Shown here one piece after another: positions 21,345 through 24,224 of a DNA stretch of 24,224 bases; positions within the stretch are counted from its first letter, which is position 1, and every line of letters starts with the position of its first letter. The notes beneath the pieces were generated by a model. The model made no database searches. It saw only the letters and a program-made list of their open reading frames with translations, and was not told the origin of the DNA. Source of the DNA: Vermamoeba vermiformis (taxonomy: Eukaryota); the NCBI GenBank assembly GCA_045837725.1, contig JBEWZL010000244.1, positions 496,001 to 520,224 of the forward strand, in the 5' to 3' direction. Both the position numbers and the translations under genes were made by a program.

Positions 21345-22240
21345 GTAAGTTTGCAATAATAATATTAATTACAATAATAATATTAACTCGTTTTAAACAG
21401 CTAGGATAATCTTTCGAGAATCTTGCGTTCTCGTTCTCGATCCTGCAGTCTCCCAGCTTCCAAACTCGGTACGTATATTAATATTTATTTACTTACATAC
21501 TAACTGTTTATATTAAGAGCTTACCAGTCTCAATTTTGCGTGGCTCGCAACATCGCCGATACGAATCACGTCTCGTCTTTGCGCAGCGAGTTCCAGCTTG
21601 CAGACTTCACGGTACGTATATTTACGTTGATTTAACTATATTACTAACTTTTTTTAATAATTCAGAACTCATCGAGCCTCAATTCAGCGAGCTCGCAACA
21701 TCGCGCATGCGAATCACGTTCTCGTTCTCGATTCAGTACGATCCCCCAGCTGCCTAACTCAAGGTACGAATATTAAGCTTTATTATAATAACATTACTAA
21801 CTCTTATTTACAGTTCAGAGCTCACCAGGTCTCAAATTTACCGACTCTCAACATCGATGATTCGAATCACGCTTCTCGTGCTTGATTCAGCACGGTCTCC
21901 CAGCCTGCAGACTTCACGGTACGTATATCCACATTGATGTAATTGCATTACTAACTTTTATTTATAATTCAGAGCTCACCAAGTCTCAATTCAGCGAGCT
22001 CGCAACATCGCGCATGCGAATCACGTTCTCGTTCTCGATTCAGTACAATCCCCCAGCTGCCTAACTCAAGGTACGTATATTAAGCTTTACTACAATTACA
22101 TTAGTAACTCTTATTTACAGTTAAGAGCTAGCCGAGTCTCAATTTTAGACACTCGCAACATCGAATCACGTTCTCGTTCTCGATCCAGCACAGTCTCCCA
22201 GCTTACAGACTTCACGGTACGTGTATCTATATTTAATATG
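21345..22240 (+). repeat. Tandem array of ~6 intron+exon-like units (143-155 bp period; 307-bp dimeric higher-order repeat)
   Basis: GTACG donors at 21469, 21612, 21764, 21919, 22071, 22217; TACTAAC-like branch points and YAG/AAG acceptors; shared core CTCGCAACATCG...CGAATCACGTTCTCGTTCTCGAT...CCCAGC. Confidence 0.9.
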
Positions 22241-22697
22241 TGGAAAAACCTGTTTCCTAGGAGTTAGGGTACAAAAGGAAGCTGTTTTGGTGTAAAAACA
22301 TGAAAATAAAAATACCTTAATTTGACGTCAAAAAACGTGCAATTATTAAAAAGTATGCAATTTCAGCAGTTGCTGTGCAACTTCCTGATCTGAAGCCAAT
22401 CAGGAAGAGTACACACCAGGAAAAAAAAAGCCCAAGTTTTTGCTAAAATCTGTTCCTGATTGGGGTCAAATCGGGAAAAAACAACAACATGGTTGATATC
22501 GGCGCAGGTTCGAAGCCCAGTACTTGCAAATTGTTGCCGCCAGGATTCGAACCTGTGTGTAGCAAGCAACAGAATTATAAATGCAATTGGAAAATCCTCC
22601 CAGGGAGGCAGGGAGGCAATTCACCCAAAATTGAGAAAGTCAATCTACATCATTTTAATTACCCCATAACGCAGAGCAACACACAAGTCGCCCAAAT

Positions 22698-24224
22698 ATG
22701 GCAAGGTAAGTCCACGTGCTTTGAAATCTCTGGTGAAATTTCGTTTCCCTGTCCCGATTGGCAGCCAATAGGGAGCAATTTTAAGTTGTTGATTTTACAA
22801 TCCCGATTGGCTGCGTATCGGGAAGATCCAATTTTTTTAATTCGTTGGTAGCGATCCCGATTGGCTCCAGATCGGGAAGACCCAAATTTAACGAGGCCCT
22901 CGTTAACATCCCGATTGGCAGCCAACGGGGGGCATCCCGATTGGCAGCCAATCGGGAAAGCTCAAATTTTACAAGTCCCAAGGGTCATCCCGATTGGCAG
23001 CCAATCGGGAAGGGTGCCCTGGGTTGTTTCTTTGTATCATCCCGATTGGCGCCAGATCGGGAAACCTTTTGGTCTAGTCTACTTACTGCAAACTTACTAA
23101 CCTTTTTAACCTGCAGTAACAACACCAACAGATCGTTCAACCCCCCTCGCCAGCACACCGCAGAAGAGCTGGATAACATGGTACAGCACGTCACAAGGTC
23201 TGTGACCAGGAACTCACCCCCAGCTGCCCAAGGCCCAAACAACAACGTCAGCCCTCCGCGACCTGGCCAAGCAAAGACCCAAGCAGTGGCCAAGGGAGGA
23301 CTCAAGCTCGCCCTGCCAAGGAGCACCATTGGTGGCAAAGCCCAGGCAATTTTGGCTCCGTCAACACCACCCAAGGAAAAGCTTATCCCCCAGTTTGCGA
23401 CCCCAGACAAGTTTCTTATGGCTGAGGCGGATGACTCTTCCTCTGCCGAAGGTGATGCCACTGGTGATGCCATTGGCCAGGACAACTTTGATGGGATCAC
23501 CGACACTCAGGCTATAAGGGCAATCGAGGCTTTGGAGTCCGAAGCTGCTGCAGGATCAACAAGACCCGAGGTTGACGAGAAAGATAGCGAAGTCCAGCAG
23601 CAGATGTCGTTGCGAGAATGGGTGGAGCAGCAAATGGACTTGGTGTCCACCGCGTCAACATCCATGTCCAAATTCAGCGATGACATACGTTCGACAGGCC
23701 CGACAAATGGCAACTGGTATATTGAGCCAGATGCCCAGAACCAAGTGTTGGTTTACCGTGGGACCATGTTCGATGATAAGAACCAGGTCATCAAATTGTC
23801 GGGGCCACAAATTATGCTCAAGGTGGTGAAAGCCAACCCATACCAATGGCTTGCCATGCTAGACTTTTCGCGAGAGGTGCCCACGCTTTACTCACTGAAG
23901 GTTACGTCTTGCTGGGCCGTCGACAGTGTCAATGGATGCCTGAAATCCTGGAAGTTGACAAAGCATACGACAAAAGGCCAAATCAGCTGGAAGTTTGAAG
24001 AGCGGTTCAAAAATTGGAAAAACATGTACGACTTGGCCGTGCAAGAGGGTCCAGTGTCACGACCCGACCAACTGACGGATAACCAGCTCGAGTCCATCAG
24101 AGAGCTTGAAACCAGGGAGGAGGTCATGATCCAATTGAGCACCCCAGCCCCGCCAGCAAAGGACCCCGAACCCACGATTACCGAAGAGCAGCAAGTAAGT
24201 TTCCTGTAATTCTAGAATACATCC
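22698..24224 (+). CDS. Orphan protein, 5' part (continues beyond window); exon 1 22698-22705, exon 2 23117-24194
   Basis: ATGGCAAG|GTAAGT at 22698-22711; branch TACTAAC ~23095 and CTGCAG acceptor at 23116 give MASNNTNRSFNPPRQ... in frame with ORF 22845-24209; next donor CAA|GTAAGT at 24195. Disordered N-terminus then a W-rich, probably globular segment; no family recognised. Confidence 0.7.
22752..23062. repeat. Array of seven 23-bp palindromes (TCCCGATTGGC-A-GCCAATCGGGA) with mostly distinct 26-31 nt spacers
   Basis: Copies start at 22752, 22801, 22855, 22909, 22935, 22988, 23040. The left arm is invariant and the right arm is degenerate in some copies. All lie within predicted intron 22706-23116. 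Confidence 0.92.

Noticed and set aside
22500-22580. Complete tRNA gene
   Set aside because: Only T-arm/B-box motifs are present; no cloverleaf could be built.
22845-23116. N-terminal ~90 aa of the 454-aa ORF
   Set aside because: Reads through the palindrome array and a strong branch point/acceptor; better explained as intron 1 of a gene starting at 22698.

Overview
Compact, intron-rich eukaryotic (protist-like; Amoebozoa is a guess) genomic DNA with short GT-AG introns and CTAAC-type branch points, so the ORF track shows only exon fragments. The left part (1-13.8 kb) is housekeeping: a 53-aa myristoylation-motif sORF, a divergent actin, a WD40 protein with a SOCS/BC-box-like tail, a RhoGAP-coiled-coil protein, a bacterial-type 2-methylcitrate/citrate synthase ending in PTS1 (SRL), and a ~1377-aa folate enzyme fusing PabA-PabB-FolC-PabC. 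The right part (13.9-24.2 kb) looks accessory or mobile. It holds a decayed CpG-poor relic, an 8-copy palindromic array, an 11-exon ~647-aa CenH3-like histone H3 variant, an HTH-like orphan with an apparent frameshift, a Fpg/Nei DNA glycosylase, a ~150-bp tandem exon-intron satellite, and an orphan gene whose first intron carries seven 23-bp palindromes separated mostly by distinct 26-31 nt spacers. No transposase, cas or capsid gene was recognised. All gene models were spliced by eye and all family calls come from remembered motifs, not from database searches.
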